DNA of 64,000 nucleotides, taken from the NCBI GenBank assembly GCA_002454955.1, contig DKJY01000166.1:427-64426 (forward strand). The letters run 5' to 3'. The stretch comes from Bacteroidales bacterium UBA6680. GTDB lineage: Bacteria > Bacteroidota > Bacteroidia > Bacteroidales > UBA6680. Each line of letters opens with the position of its first letter. Position 1 is the first letter of the stretch. The notes below the pieces were generated by a model. The model did no database searches and was not told the origin of the DNA. It saw only the letters and a program-made list of their open reading frames with translations. Below, piece by piece: positions 27,638 through 36,804 of the stretch. The translations under genes were made by a program, and so were the position numbers.

Positions 27638-28954
27638 TTACTTTTTTGTATATGAAATAATTAGTTGTGGCTCTAAACCATCTGTCTTAGAGTAAAGACA
27701 CACTTTGCGTAATTCAAAAAAGTTTGTACAAGTGTTAGGCTCCATACTATCAGCAGATAAGTTGATTTTACTTATTTTATACTTCTTATCATACACTTTT
27801 TTCAATATATCTGTAATATTAAATGTATAAAAGTATTTTATATTTTCTTCTCCGTCCAACTTTCCAAGTACGGTGAAAATCTTTTTATTTTGATCATCGA
27901 AACCAGTAATCCATGCATTTTTTGGATAAGCTTCTTTGTCAATAGAGTTTAACTCTTTTATGTTAAACCTGATCTCAGCTTTATTGATAGCGATATCACT
28001 ACCTCTATTGTCAGCCCAATCTTGAATAGATGTAATAGTCATTTCTAAATATGGTGCACCCAAGTTACCAAGATATACATCTTTACTTGATTTATCCTGA
28101 TCAAGAATGTCTTTAAAAACGCTAGAATTATAATCTCTTAACATAAACATTCCTGATCTGAAAAGATGAGAACTTATCTCTATCTTCTTTCTATCTTTAG
28201 GTTCCGTTTTGCCCTTTTCATAATAATAGATTACAGTTTTTAAATCGGTATACCTGCTAAAAAAATCATTTGATGGATCACTGTTTTCTGTAGATAATCT
28301 GAATCCAGGAAAATTCATGCGATACTTCTTAGAATCTTTCAGAATTTCAATATCATCATTGATAAGCATTTTTTCTGCAATTTTTTTGTCTAAATTAGCA
28401 AAAGTAACAGTGTCACCATTATCCTTAACAGGAACTGTGGCTTGTAAAACAGATGTACTGATTAATTCTTCTGCTTTCTTTTTAGTATAGAAAAACTCAG
28501 GGGTTGTAAACGTTTCACTACCAAGGGTGTCTGTAAGAGTGTATAATCTCAAATTTATCTCGTTCCCTTTGGACTTAGGATCCGGAATTTGTTCTTTGTT
28601 TCTGTATACTTTTACAACAACAGAGTCAACTTTCTCAATCTTTCCATGAAGATCGTCAGAGTATAACGCTATAACTTCTGCTAAAAACTCTGATCGAACA
28701 GATCCAAAATGTTCATCATTTCGTTGACCCACTAATAGGGCTGCGTAAGAATTAGTATGGTTGTTTTGTCTGTATAAAACACTTTTTCCTGTTTTCATTC
28801 TCATATCGAAACCTGAAACGGTATCAATATTAAAAATAATCTTCTCCCCATCAGTAACAAGATCAGATCCGAGATCAGTAAGTTCTTTTTTGCACGCAAA
28901 AAGCGACAATAATAAAATTATCATTGTCGTTGGTAATAGGATTTTTAGATTCAT
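27638..28954 (-). CDS. DUF4270-like lipoprotein
   Basis: Lipobox LSLFAC. The position between a short glycogen-synthase-like gene and glmS matches a conserved Bacteroidota arrangement as I recall it. There is no catalytic motif. Confidence 0.45.
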   Translation of the reverse strand: MNLKILLPTTMIILLLSLFACKKELTDLGSDLVTDGEKIIFNIDTVSGFDMRMKTGKSVLYRQNNHTNSYAALLVGQRNDEHFGSVRSEFLAEVIALYSDDLHGKIEKVDSVVVKVYRNKEQIPDPKSKGNEINLRLYTLTDTLGSETFTTPEFFYTKKKAEELISTSVLQATVPVKDNGDTVTFANLDKKIAEKMLINDDIEILKDSKKYRMNFPGFRLSTENSDPSNDFFSRYTDLKTVIYYYEKGKTEPKDRKKIEISSHLFRSGMFMLRDYNSSVFKDILDQDKSSKDVYLGNLGAPYLEMTITSIQDWADNRGSDIAINKAEIRFNIKELNSIDKEAYPKNAWITGFDDQNKKIFTVLGKLDGEENIKYFYTFNITDILKKVYDKKYKISKINLSADSMEPNTCTNFFELRKVCLYSKTDGLEPQLIISYTKK

Positions 28955-28960
28955 CTTTAA

Positions 28961-29764
28961 TTAAAGTATTTGGTCGTAAAAATTGTTATATTCACCTATG
29001 TAACCTTCCTCGTCCACATATGATAAGAACGGTTTTTTAGCTGATTCAATATAATCTTTAACATTTTTATTAATATCTTCTGCTCCTTGAATCACAGCAT
29101 CAGAATAATCTATTGCCAATTTTGAATAATTTTCAAAAGTTGGTGTCTCAACAGTTTTAACATCATCTGATTTGAACCCTTCCATTTCGAGTTTCTTCAT
29201 CAGGTTTTTATCAAGCTCCCCATTAAACTCATCATTATTTACAGAGTAAACAACCTTAGTGTTTTCAAAAAGAGGATCGTCATGGTACTCCTTCTTTAAG
29301 AAAAGAGGAACAAGTCCCGTGATAACTCCCTGGCAATGAACTAAGTCTGGAGACCATCTTAGTTTTTTTACTGTTTCAATAACTCCTTTAGCAAAAAACA
29401 TTGCTCTCTCATCATTATCAGCAAAGAACGTGCCAGTGTCATCAGTTAGAATATGCTTTCTATGAAAATAATCTTCGTTGTCAATAAAATATACCTGCAT
29501 TCTAGCAGCTTGTATTGATGCAACCTTTATAATCAATGGATGATCAGTATCGTTTATCACTAAGTTCATTCCTGAAAGTCTGATCACTTCATGCAACTGA
29601 TTTCTTCTTTCATTAATCAAACCATATCTAGGCATGAAGGTTCTAATCTCTTTCCCTTTTTCCTGAATTCCCTGAGGAAGATATCTTCCCGTTCTCGACA
29701 TCTTAGTTTCCGGTAGATATGGAGTAATCTCCTGAGAGATAAACAAAACTCTTTTCTTTTCCAT
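28961..29764 (-). CDS. Short glycogen/starch synthase-like glycosyltransferase (N-terminal-domain type)
   Basis: MEKKRVLFISQEITPYLPETKMS...HCQGVITGLVPLFLK resembles the N-terminal half of GlgA. The start is moved to the ATG at 29764 inside the listed ORF. Confidence 0.65.
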   Translation of the reverse strand: MEKKRVLFISQEITPYLPETKMSRTGRYLPQGIQEKGKEIRTFMPRYGLINERRNQLHEVIRLSGMNLVINDTDHPLIIKVASIQAARMQVYFIDNEDYFHRKHILTDDTGTFFADNDERAMFFAKGVIETVKKLRWSPDLVHCQGVITGLVPLFLKKEYHDDPLFENTKVVYSVNNDEFNGELDKNLMKKLEMEGFKSDDVKTVETPTFENYSKLAIDYSDAVIQGAEDINKNVKDYIESAKKPFLSYVDEEGYIGEYNNFYDQIL

Positions 29765-29930
29765 TTCGATACAATTATTATAATTAGACAAAAGTAGTAA
29801 AAATATTGATTGATCTGTATTCTTATGCAACACTTTAGTGCATTTAGCTATGGTGAATGATAAAGAATTACATCTTTGTTTCATTTTTACAACTATATTT
29901 GCAGCTGATTGATACAGATATTTAATTTAT

Positions 29931-30764
29931 ATGATAGTTGTAAAAACAAGAGCTGAATTGCAAGAGAGGCTTAACGAAGCAGCAGCGAAAAGTGTTATAG
30001 GATTTGTTCCTACAATGGGAGCTTTGCATAGCGGACATTGTTCTCTTATTGACTTTGCTGTTGAGAATGCAGATTATATTGTGGCAAGTATTTTTGTTAA
30101 TCCAACTCAGTTTAATGATGCTAATGATTTAAAAAATTACCCGCGTACAATTGAAAATGACTTGAAATATCTAGAACAACATGGGTGTGATTTGGTTTAT
30201 ATTCCTGATGTTGAAGATGTTTATCATGATAAAAGGTCGTTTTTTGTAGACCTGAATGGCTTAGATACTGTAATGGAGGGAGAATTTAGACCTGGGCATT
30301 TTGACGGAGTGGTTGATGTTGTTTCCAGACTATTTGATATTGTTAAACCAGATAAGGCCTTTTTTGGAGAGAAGGATTTTCAACAACTCTCTATTATAAA
30401 GTATATAGCTGAAAGTCTTGATGTTGAGATAATTGGTTGCCCGACAGTTAGGGAGTCAGATGGTCTTGCAATGAGTTCCAGAAATATGTTACTTGAAGAA
30501 AATTATAGAAAACAAGCTTTTGTTATTTATAAATCACTTATTTGGGCAAAAAAGAACTATAGAAAAATAACGGTGAATGATCTTAAAAAGGAGATAGAAA
30601 ACCGTATTACAAAATCAGGAAAGTTTATTGTTGAATATGTCAATATCGTAGAGTCTGATACATTAGTTAGTATTGATGAGTGGAAAGACAAGAATATTAA
30701 TTGTTGTGTTGCTGTTTATGCAGGAAAAGTCAGATTGATCGATAATATTAAATTAAATTATTAA
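29931..30764 (+). CDS. panC: Pantoate--beta-alanine ligase
   Basis: GFVPTMGALHSGHCSLI HIGH-type motif, FGEKDFQQ, 277 aa. Confidence 0.9.
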   Translation: MIVVKTRAELQERLNEAAAKSVIGFVPTMGALHSGHCSLIDFAVENADYIVASIFVNPTQFNDANDLKNYPRTIENDLKYLEQHGCDLVYIPDVEDVYHDKRSFFVDLNGLDTVMEGEFRPGHFDGVVDVVSRLFDIVKPDKAFFGEKDFQQLSIIKYIAESLDVEIIGCPTVRESDGLAMSSRNMLLEENYRKQAFVIYKSLIWAKKNYRKITVNDLKKEIENRITKSGKFIVEYVNIVESDTLVSIDEWKDKNINCCVAVYAGKVRLIDNIKLNY

Positions 30765-30776
30765 TTTTGCATCATC

Positions 30777-31127
30777 ATGAATATAGAAGTAGTTAAATCT
30801 AAGATACATCAGGTTTCTGTAACTGAAGCCAATCTTCATTATGTGGGTAGCATAACTATAGATGAAGATTTGATGGATGCCGCGAACATTATAGAGAATG
30901 AGAAGGTTCAGATTGTTAATATAAACAACGGAGAGCGGCTGGAGACATATGTTATAAAAGGAGAGAGAGGTTCTGGTAATGTTTGCCTTAATGGACCTGC
31001 TGCCAGAAAAGTTGCTGTTGGAGATGTGATTATAATAATATCGTATGCATCAATTGACTTTGAGGAAGCTAAAGGATTTAAGCCTACACTGGTTTTTCCG
31101 GATGCTACAGTGAATAAGATTTTATAG
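30777..31127 (+). CDS. panD: Aspartate 1-decarboxylase
   Basis: [23 protein letters not shown] with the self-processing G-S site, 116 aa. Confidence 0.9.
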   Translation: MNIEVVKSKIHQVSVTEANLHYVGSITIDEDLMDAANIIENEKVQIVNINNGERLETYVIKGERGSGNVCLNGPAARKVAVGDVIIIISYASIDFEEAKGFKPTLVFPDATVNKIL

Positions 31128-31148
31128 CTTTTTATTTATACTTATATA

Positions 31149-31178
31149 GGGTATTCGAAAGATCGGATACCCTTTTTT
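31149..31178 (+). terminator. Intrinsic terminator after panD
   Basis: gggtattcg-aaagat-cggataccc followed by tttttt. Confidence 0.7.
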
Positions 31179-31212
31179 ATTATCATATTATGTATATTGC
31201 AGTAAACTATGG

Positions 31213-32574
31213 ATGATGGCAAAAACAAAGATTGCTTACTATTGCAGTAATTGTGGACATGAAGAGCCAAAATGGGTTGGGAAATGTAACGCATGTGGAC
31301 AGTGGAATACCTTTACAGAAGAAGTTATCAGTAGTAAAAAAGGCGACGGGATATTACCTCGAAAACTTATTTCGCATGAACGACCACAAAAGATAAAGGA
31401 TATTACTCTAGGTACAGAAGAGAGAATAGATATAAAGTTAGGTGAAGTCAATCGTATTCTGGGGGGAGGACTCGTGAAAGGATCGTTGGTTCTACTTGGT
31501 GGAGAACCAGGAATAGGAAAATCTACACTTATTTTGCAGATGGCTTTGATGCTTAACAATACTGTACTGTATGTTTCAGGAGAGGAGAGCGTAAAGCAAA
31601 TTAAACTAAGGGCAGAGAGAATTGGTGTAAACAATGACAAATGTTATCTGCTAAGTGAAACGTCATTAGAAAATATTCTTACACAATTTGATAACGTTAA
31701 GCCAGATATTGTTGTTGTGGATTCTGTACAAACAATTGCTACAGACATTATTGACTCTGCTCCTGGTAGTGTTAGTCAGGTAAGAGAGTGTACGTCCAGA
31801 CTACTACAGTATGCAAAGTTAAATGCAGTACCTGTTTTCTTAATAGGTCATATAACAAAAGATGGAAATATTGCCGGACCGAAAGTGTTAGAGCATATTG
31901 TAGATACAGTATTGCAGTTTGAGGGTGATATGCACAATAATTACAGGATTTTACGGAGTAAAAAGAACAGATTTGGTTCGACTTCTGAATTAGGAATTTT
32001 TGAGATGTTGTCTGATGGCTTGAGAGAAATTCTGAATCCATCAAAGGTTTTGTTGTCAGAATACGATGATACCCTTAGCGGACAAGCAGTAGCAGCTACA
32101 GTTGATGGAGGAAGATCGTTTCTTATTGAGGTGCAGGCATTAGTTAGTACCGCTGCATATGGAACACCGCAACGTTCTGCAACCGGATTTGATACACGTA
32201 GATTAAATATGTTATTAGCGGTTCTTGAAAAAAGAGCAAATTTTAAAATATCGGCAAAGGATGTATTTCTTAATATCGCCGGAGGAATTAAGGTTAATGA
32301 TCCAGCTATTGATCTTGCTGTTATTGCAGCAATATTATCTTCAAGTGCAGATATAGCAGTTTCCTCAAAGTTCTGTTTTGCAGGTGAAATAGGTTTGTCA
32401 GGAGAGGTTAGACCTGTTGCAAGAATAGAACAGCGTATATCAGAAGCAGAAAAACTAGGGTTTCAAAAGATATTTATATCAAAGTATAATAAAGATATTG
32501 ATGTTAAAAACAGAAACATTGATGTTGTTGTAATATCAAAAATTGAGGAGTTTCTGAGAAGTCTTTTTGCATAA
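31213..32574 (+). CDS. radA: DNA repair protein RadA
   Basis: N-terminal CSNCGHEEPKWVGKCNACGQW zinc ribbon, GGEPGIGKST Walker A, KNRFG motif, C-terminal Lon-like domain. Confidence 0.9.
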   Translation: MMAKTKIAYYCSNCGHEEPKWVGKCNACGQWNTFTEEVISSKKGDGILPRKLISHERPQKIKDITLGTEERIDIKLGEVNRILGGGLVKGSLVLLGGEPGIGKSTLILQMALMLNNTVLYVSGEESVKQIKLRAERIGVNNDKCYLLSETSLENILTQFDNVKPDIVVVDSVQTIATDIIDSAPGSVSQVRECTSRLLQYAKLNAVPVFLIGHITKDGNIAGPKVLEHIVDTVLQFEGDMHNNYRILRSKKNRFGSTSELGIFEMLSDGLREILNPSKVLLSEYDDTLSGQAVAATVDGGRSFLIEVQALVSTAAYGTPQRSATGFDTRRLNMLLAVLEKRANFKISAKDVFLNIAGGIKVNDPAIDLAVIAAILSSSADIAVSSKFCFAGEIGLSGEVRPVARIEQRISEAEKLGFQKIFISKYNKDIDVKNRNIDVVVISKIEEFLRSLFA

Positions 32575-32587
32575 CAAACTAATTTCT

Positions 32588-34249
32588 ATGAATCCGATTC
32601 TAAAGGTTGAAGATCTGACAATATCATTTGATAAGAAAAATGTAGTTAATGATTTTACATTAAGTATTAATAGAGGAGAAGTTGTTGGTATTGTTGGTGA
32701 ATCAGGATCTGGTAAATCAGTATCGGTAATGTCTCTTCTTAAACTCCTACCAAAAAATTCAGAAATAGAGAAAGGAACAGCAATACTATTTTCTGATGAC
32801 GATAAAGAGGTCGATTTATATAGCTTGTCAGAAAAAGAAATTCGCAAATATAGGGGAAACAGAATATCGTTTGTTTTTCAAGAACCAATGACATCTCTTA
32901 ATCCATCAATGACGTGTGGGAAGCAGGTATATGAAGCTTTAGATAAAAAGGTTATAGTAAATAGGATGCTGGCTGTAAAAAAACTTTTTAAAGAGGCTCT
33001 GTTACCAGACCCAGACATTGTGTACGGTAAATATCCGCATGAACTTTCAGGAGGACAGAGGCAGAGAGTTATGATTGCTATGGCTATGGCTGCCGATCCA
33101 GATATTATTATAGCCGATGAGCCCACTACAGCTCTTGATGTTACAGTACAGCGTGAGATTATTGATCTTTTACTAAAAATTAAGAGAAGAAGAGGGACGT
33201 CCATTATATTTATATCACATGACCTTGATGTGGTTTCTGCAATATCAGATAAAATTATTGTAATGAGAAATGGGAGTGTTATTGAGTGCGGGGAATGTAG
33301 TCAGGTAATTAATAATCCAAAGTCGTTATATACAAAAGGGTTATTGTTTTGTAAGCCAGCAAAGGATAAACGTTTTAAAACTCTTCCAGTTGTTAGTGAT
33401 TTTATGGCTAAAAGACAATTTCACCCGATTCTTGAGGATATAAGCATTAGAGAATCAAAACATAAAAGAGTGTATAATAGTGAGCCAATTTTGTCTGTAA
33501 GTAATCTTAATGTAACAATTGATAGAAAGCGTAATTTATTTGGTAAGTTGAAAGGAGGAAAAAGTATTGTAGAAAATATATCATTTGATTTGTTTAAAGG
33601 AGAAACTCTTGGGCTTGTGGGAGAATCAGGAAGTGGGAAAACGACTATAGGGAGATCGCTTAATCAATTGTTGAGATCTGAGTATGATTCATATAAACTG
33701 TTCGGAATAGAGAGAACCGAATTAAGTAATAAAGATGTGCGTAAACGAGTACAGATGATTTTTCAGGATCCTTACTCATCACTAAATCCAAAGATGAGGG
33801 TAGGAGATGCGATATTAGAGGTTCTTAATTATCATGAATCTGGCTCTTATAGTGGTCATAAGAAGAAAGTGAAAGATGTTATTCAACGTGTCGGTCTGCC
33901 TGAAGAATCTTATATAAAGTATCCGCACGAATTTTCTGGTGGACAAAGACAACGAATTGGTATTGCGCGATCGTTAATCATAAATCCTGACATAATAATA
34001 TGCGATGAATCTGTATCAGCGCTTGATGTATCTGTTCAGGCAATGATTTTAAATTTGCTTAATGAACTTAAACAAGACATGAACCTTTCATTAATTTTTA
34101 TTTCGCATGATATGAGCGTTGTAAAACATATGTCTGACAGAATTATGGTGTTAAAAAATGGTAGTTTGATTGAGATAGAAGAGGCAGATAAACTGTTTGT
34201 GTCACCTTCATCGGATTATACTAAAGAACTTATAAAGTCAATATATTAA
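32588..34249 (+). CDS. ABC transporter ATP-binding protein with duplicated ATPase domains (Dpp/Opp D-F type)
   Basis: Two Walker A motifs (GESGSGKS, GESGSGKT) and two LSGGQRQR-type signatures. No permease gene is adjacent. The start is either 32588 (MNPILKV) or 32567, which overlaps radA. Confidence 0.85.
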   Translation: MNPILKVEDLTISFDKKNVVNDFTLSINRGEVVGIVGESGSGKSVSVMSLLKLLPKNSEIEKGTAILFSDDDKEVDLYSLSEKEIRKYRGNRISFVFQEPMTSLNPSMTCGKQVYEALDKKVIVNRMLAVKKLFKEALLPDPDIVYGKYPHELSGGQRQRVMIAMAMAADPDIIIADEPTTALDVTVQREIIDLLLKIKRRRGTSIIFISHDLDVVSAISDKIIVMRNGSVIECGECSQVINNPKSLYTKGLLFCKPAKDKRFKTLPVVSDFMAKRQFHPILEDISIRESKHKRVYNSEPILSVSNLNVTIDRKRNLFGKLKGGKSIVENISFDLFKGETLGLVGESGSGKTTIGRSLNQLLRSEYDSYKLFGIERTELSNKDVRKRVQMIFQDPYSSLNPKMRVGDAILEVLNYHESGSYSGHKKKVKDVIQRVGLPEESYIKYPHEFSGGQRQRIGIARSLIINPDIIICDESVSALDVSVQAMILNLLNELKQDMNLSLIFISHDMSVVKHMSDRIMVLKNGSLIEIEEADKLFVSPSSDYTKELIKSIY

Positions 34250-34314
34250 ACCAATAATATTAAAAAAGCAGAATCAATTTCAATATTGATCTACTTTTTT
34301 AAGGTTAAAATCTT

Positions 34315-36678
34315 TTAGTTAGAACCAAACAGGTTCTCATCATCGCTACTATCACCTTCGTTACTATCGTCATCACAATCAAGTTCGTAATCAAAGTTTA
34401 GAGGCTGTCTGAATGTATCTGTATTCTTAACAGTCATTGTAGGATCACTGTATACTTTTTTAAGGAATATAGCCCATATAGGAAGAGCCATATTTGCTCC
34501 CTGTCCTTTTGTTATTGTACTAAAGTGTACACTTCTGTCTTCTGCACCAACCCATACACCTCCAACAAGATTAGGGGTTACACCCATAAACCAACCATCG
34601 GCGTGGTTCTGTGTTGTACCAGTTTTTCCTCCCATCTCATTTCTTAAATCATAAGTATGCCTTAACCTTGTAGCAGTTCCTCTGTTAGCAACATTCTGTA
34701 GAAGTTTAATCATAAGGTAAGCTGTTTGTTCGTCAATAGCCTCTTTTTGTTCTGGCTCAAACGATGCAAGAATATTACCATTTTTATCCTCTATTCTTGT
34801 AACAAATATTGGTTTTGTATGTACTCCTTTATTAACAAAAGTACCGTAAGCGCCAACCATCTCAAATAATGAAAAGTCACTTACACCATAAACTATTGAT
34901 GGAACAGCATCTATTTTACTCTCAATACCTAACCTGTGTGCCATATCAACAACTGCTTGTGGTGTAAACTGTTTTACCAACCATGCTGATATATTATTAT
35001 TTGATTTTGCTAAGCCCCATTGTAGAGAGACCATTTCGCCAGCTCTAGAGCTACCGGCATTTTTTGGAGCCCAAGTGGTGTCTCCAACAGCAAAGGTTTG
35101 TGGAACATTTGGTACTAAATGACAAGGTGAGTAGTTTTCTTGCATAGCCAAAGTATACAGGAATGGCTTTATTGTAGAGCCAACTTGTCTTTTCTGACTG
35201 GTAATTGCATCAAACTTAAAATATTTATAATCGTTTCCTCCAATATAAGCTTTAACCCTTCCGGTACCTGGTTCCATAGCCATCATACCAGCTCTAAGAA
35301 AGTGCTTATAATACCGTATAGAATCCATTGGTGAAATTATAGTATCAATATCACCAGACCAAGAGAATAACTTTGTTTCGCGCGGAGTATTAAACCATTT
35401 CTTTATTTTGTCCATTGATACACCACTGTTTCTCATAATCCTATACTGCTCTGTTCTTTTCATTGCAAGGGTAAGTATATTGTCAATTTCCTTTTTTGTT
35501 AACTCAGGATCAAATGGTTTTTTTCTGCTGTTACCTCTTCGTTTAAGATCGTTATAGAAATCAGGTTGAAGAGTTTTTCCAAGGTGTTCATCAACAGCTT
35601 CTTCAGCATACTGTTGCATCTTAGAGTTTATTGTGGTATATATCTTTAATCCATCTCTGTAAAGACTATATGAATCGCCATTTGGTTTTCTGTTTTTATT
35701 AACCCATCCGTATAAAGGATCGTTTTCCCATTTTTGTAAAGCATCCAGATATTGCTGTTCAGTGAAGAACATCCCTGGCTTAGGATGACTTTTGTTCATA
35801 GTTGTTCTTAAGTACTCTCTGAAATAAGTTGCCAGTCCCTGATTGTGATTTTGAACCTTAAAATTAGATAAATCAATAGGTCTTGTTGCTAATGAGTCAT
35901 ATTGATGTTTATTTATCTTCTCATATTTTAAAAGTTGCATTAAAACCCTGTTTCTTTTTTCTAATGCAACATCGTAATGTCTTACAGGATTGTATCTTGA
36001 AGGAGCATTTACTAGACCTACCAACATTGCAGATTCCTCAATATTCAATTCCCCTGGAGTTTTGTTGAAATATGTTTTAGCAGCAGATTTAATTCCATAT
36101 GAGTTGTTACCAAAGAATACAGTGTTCAGGTACATAACTAATATCTCATTCTTAGTATAACTTTTTTCTAATCTTGCGGCAGTAACCCACTCTTTTAGTT
36201 TAATAAGAACAATATTCGACATTCTGTCAAACTTGTTTTTATATGTTGTTGTATCTCGTCCATACAAATTTTTTGCAAGTTGTTGAGTAATTGTACTTCC
36301 CCCTCCGGAGCCTCGGTTGCCTTGCAAAATAGTTTTTGTTAAGACTCGGAATGTACCTCTTGCATCTATACCAGAATGAGATCTGAATCGTACATCCTCA
36401 GTTGTGATTAATGTGGTTACAAGATTAGGTGAAAGATCCTCGTAGTTTACGTATGACCTATTCTGATAATAGAAGCTTCCAAGAATTTTGCTATCTTCTG
36501 AAATAACTTCTGAAGCTAAATTGTTACTAGGGTTTTCTAACTGTTCAAAACTTGGAAGTTTTCCAAATATATCAGATGATATGAGGTAGAACAGTATAGC
36601 AATAAAAAAAATTGGTAGTATTACCAACGACCAAAATGTGATTAGGAACCTTTTCTTGGTTTTTTTACTTATATTCAT
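34315..36678 (-). CDS. mrcA: Penicillin-binding protein 1A (bifunctional transglycosylase/transpeptidase)
   Basis: EDVRFRSHSGID and GGSTITQQ glycosyltransferase-51 motifs, plus STIKPF and KTGTT transpeptidase motifs, 787 aa. Confidence 0.9.
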   Translation of the reverse strand: MNISKKTKKRFLITFWSLVILPIFFIAILFYLISSDIFGKLPSFEQLENPSNNLASEVISEDSKILGSFYYQNRSYVNYEDLSPNLVTTLITTEDVRFRSHSGIDARGTFRVLTKTILQGNRGSGGGSTITQQLAKNLYGRDTTTYKNKFDRMSNIVLIKLKEWVTAARLEKSYTKNEILVMYLNTVFFGNNSYGIKSAAKTYFNKTPGELNIEESAMLVGLVNAPSRYNPVRHYDVALEKRNRVLMQLLKYEKINKHQYDSLATRPIDLSNFKVQNHNQGLATYFREYLRTTMNKSHPKPGMFFTEQQYLDALQKWENDPLYGWVNKNRKPNGDSYSLYRDGLKIYTTINSKMQQYAEEAVDEHLGKTLQPDFYNDLKRRGNSRKKPFDPELTKKEIDNILTLAMKRTEQYRIMRNSGVSMDKIKKWFNTPRETKLFSWSGDIDTIISPMDSIRYYKHFLRAGMMAMEPGTGRVKAYIGGNDYKYFKFDAITSQKRQVGSTIKPFLYTLAMQENYSPCHLVPNVPQTFAVGDTTWAPKNAGSSRAGEMVSLQWGLAKSNNNISAWLVKQFTPQAVVDMAHRLGIESKIDAVPSIVYGVSDFSLFEMVGAYGTFVNKGVHTKPIFVTRIEDKNGNILASFEPEQKEAIDEQTAYLMIKLLQNVANRGTATRLRHTYDLRNEMGGKTGTTQNHADGWFMGVTPNLVGGVWVGAEDRSVHFSTITKGQGANMALPIWAIFLKKVYSDPTMTVKNTDTFRQPLNFDYELDCDDDSNEGDSSDDENLFGSN

Positions 36679-36804
36679 GAGAGTTTAATATGTTTTGAAC
36701 AAAATTATATAAATAATATTTAATATAAAATTTTGATTCTGATTAGCTATTTACTTTACTTTGTATTTGGTTTTGCTTTTGATATATAATAAGGAATTGT
36801 TTAA

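Noticed and set aside
29765..29884. 40-codon N-terminal extension of the glycogen-synthase-like ORF (MKQRCNSLSF...).
   Set aside because: The family-typical N-terminus MEKKRVLFISQE starts at the internal ATG at 29764. The extension is probably just open upstream frame.
31239..31640. Antisense ORF of 133 aa inside radA. Similar long antisense ORFs occur at 32536..32847, 32878..33204, 16469..16756, 49585..50040, 10825..11121, 2358..2702 and 62800..63093.
   Set aside because: All lie fully within, and opposite to, genes with strong family motifs. Their translations are low-complexity or Ser/Leu/Ile-rich shadows with no recognisable motifs.
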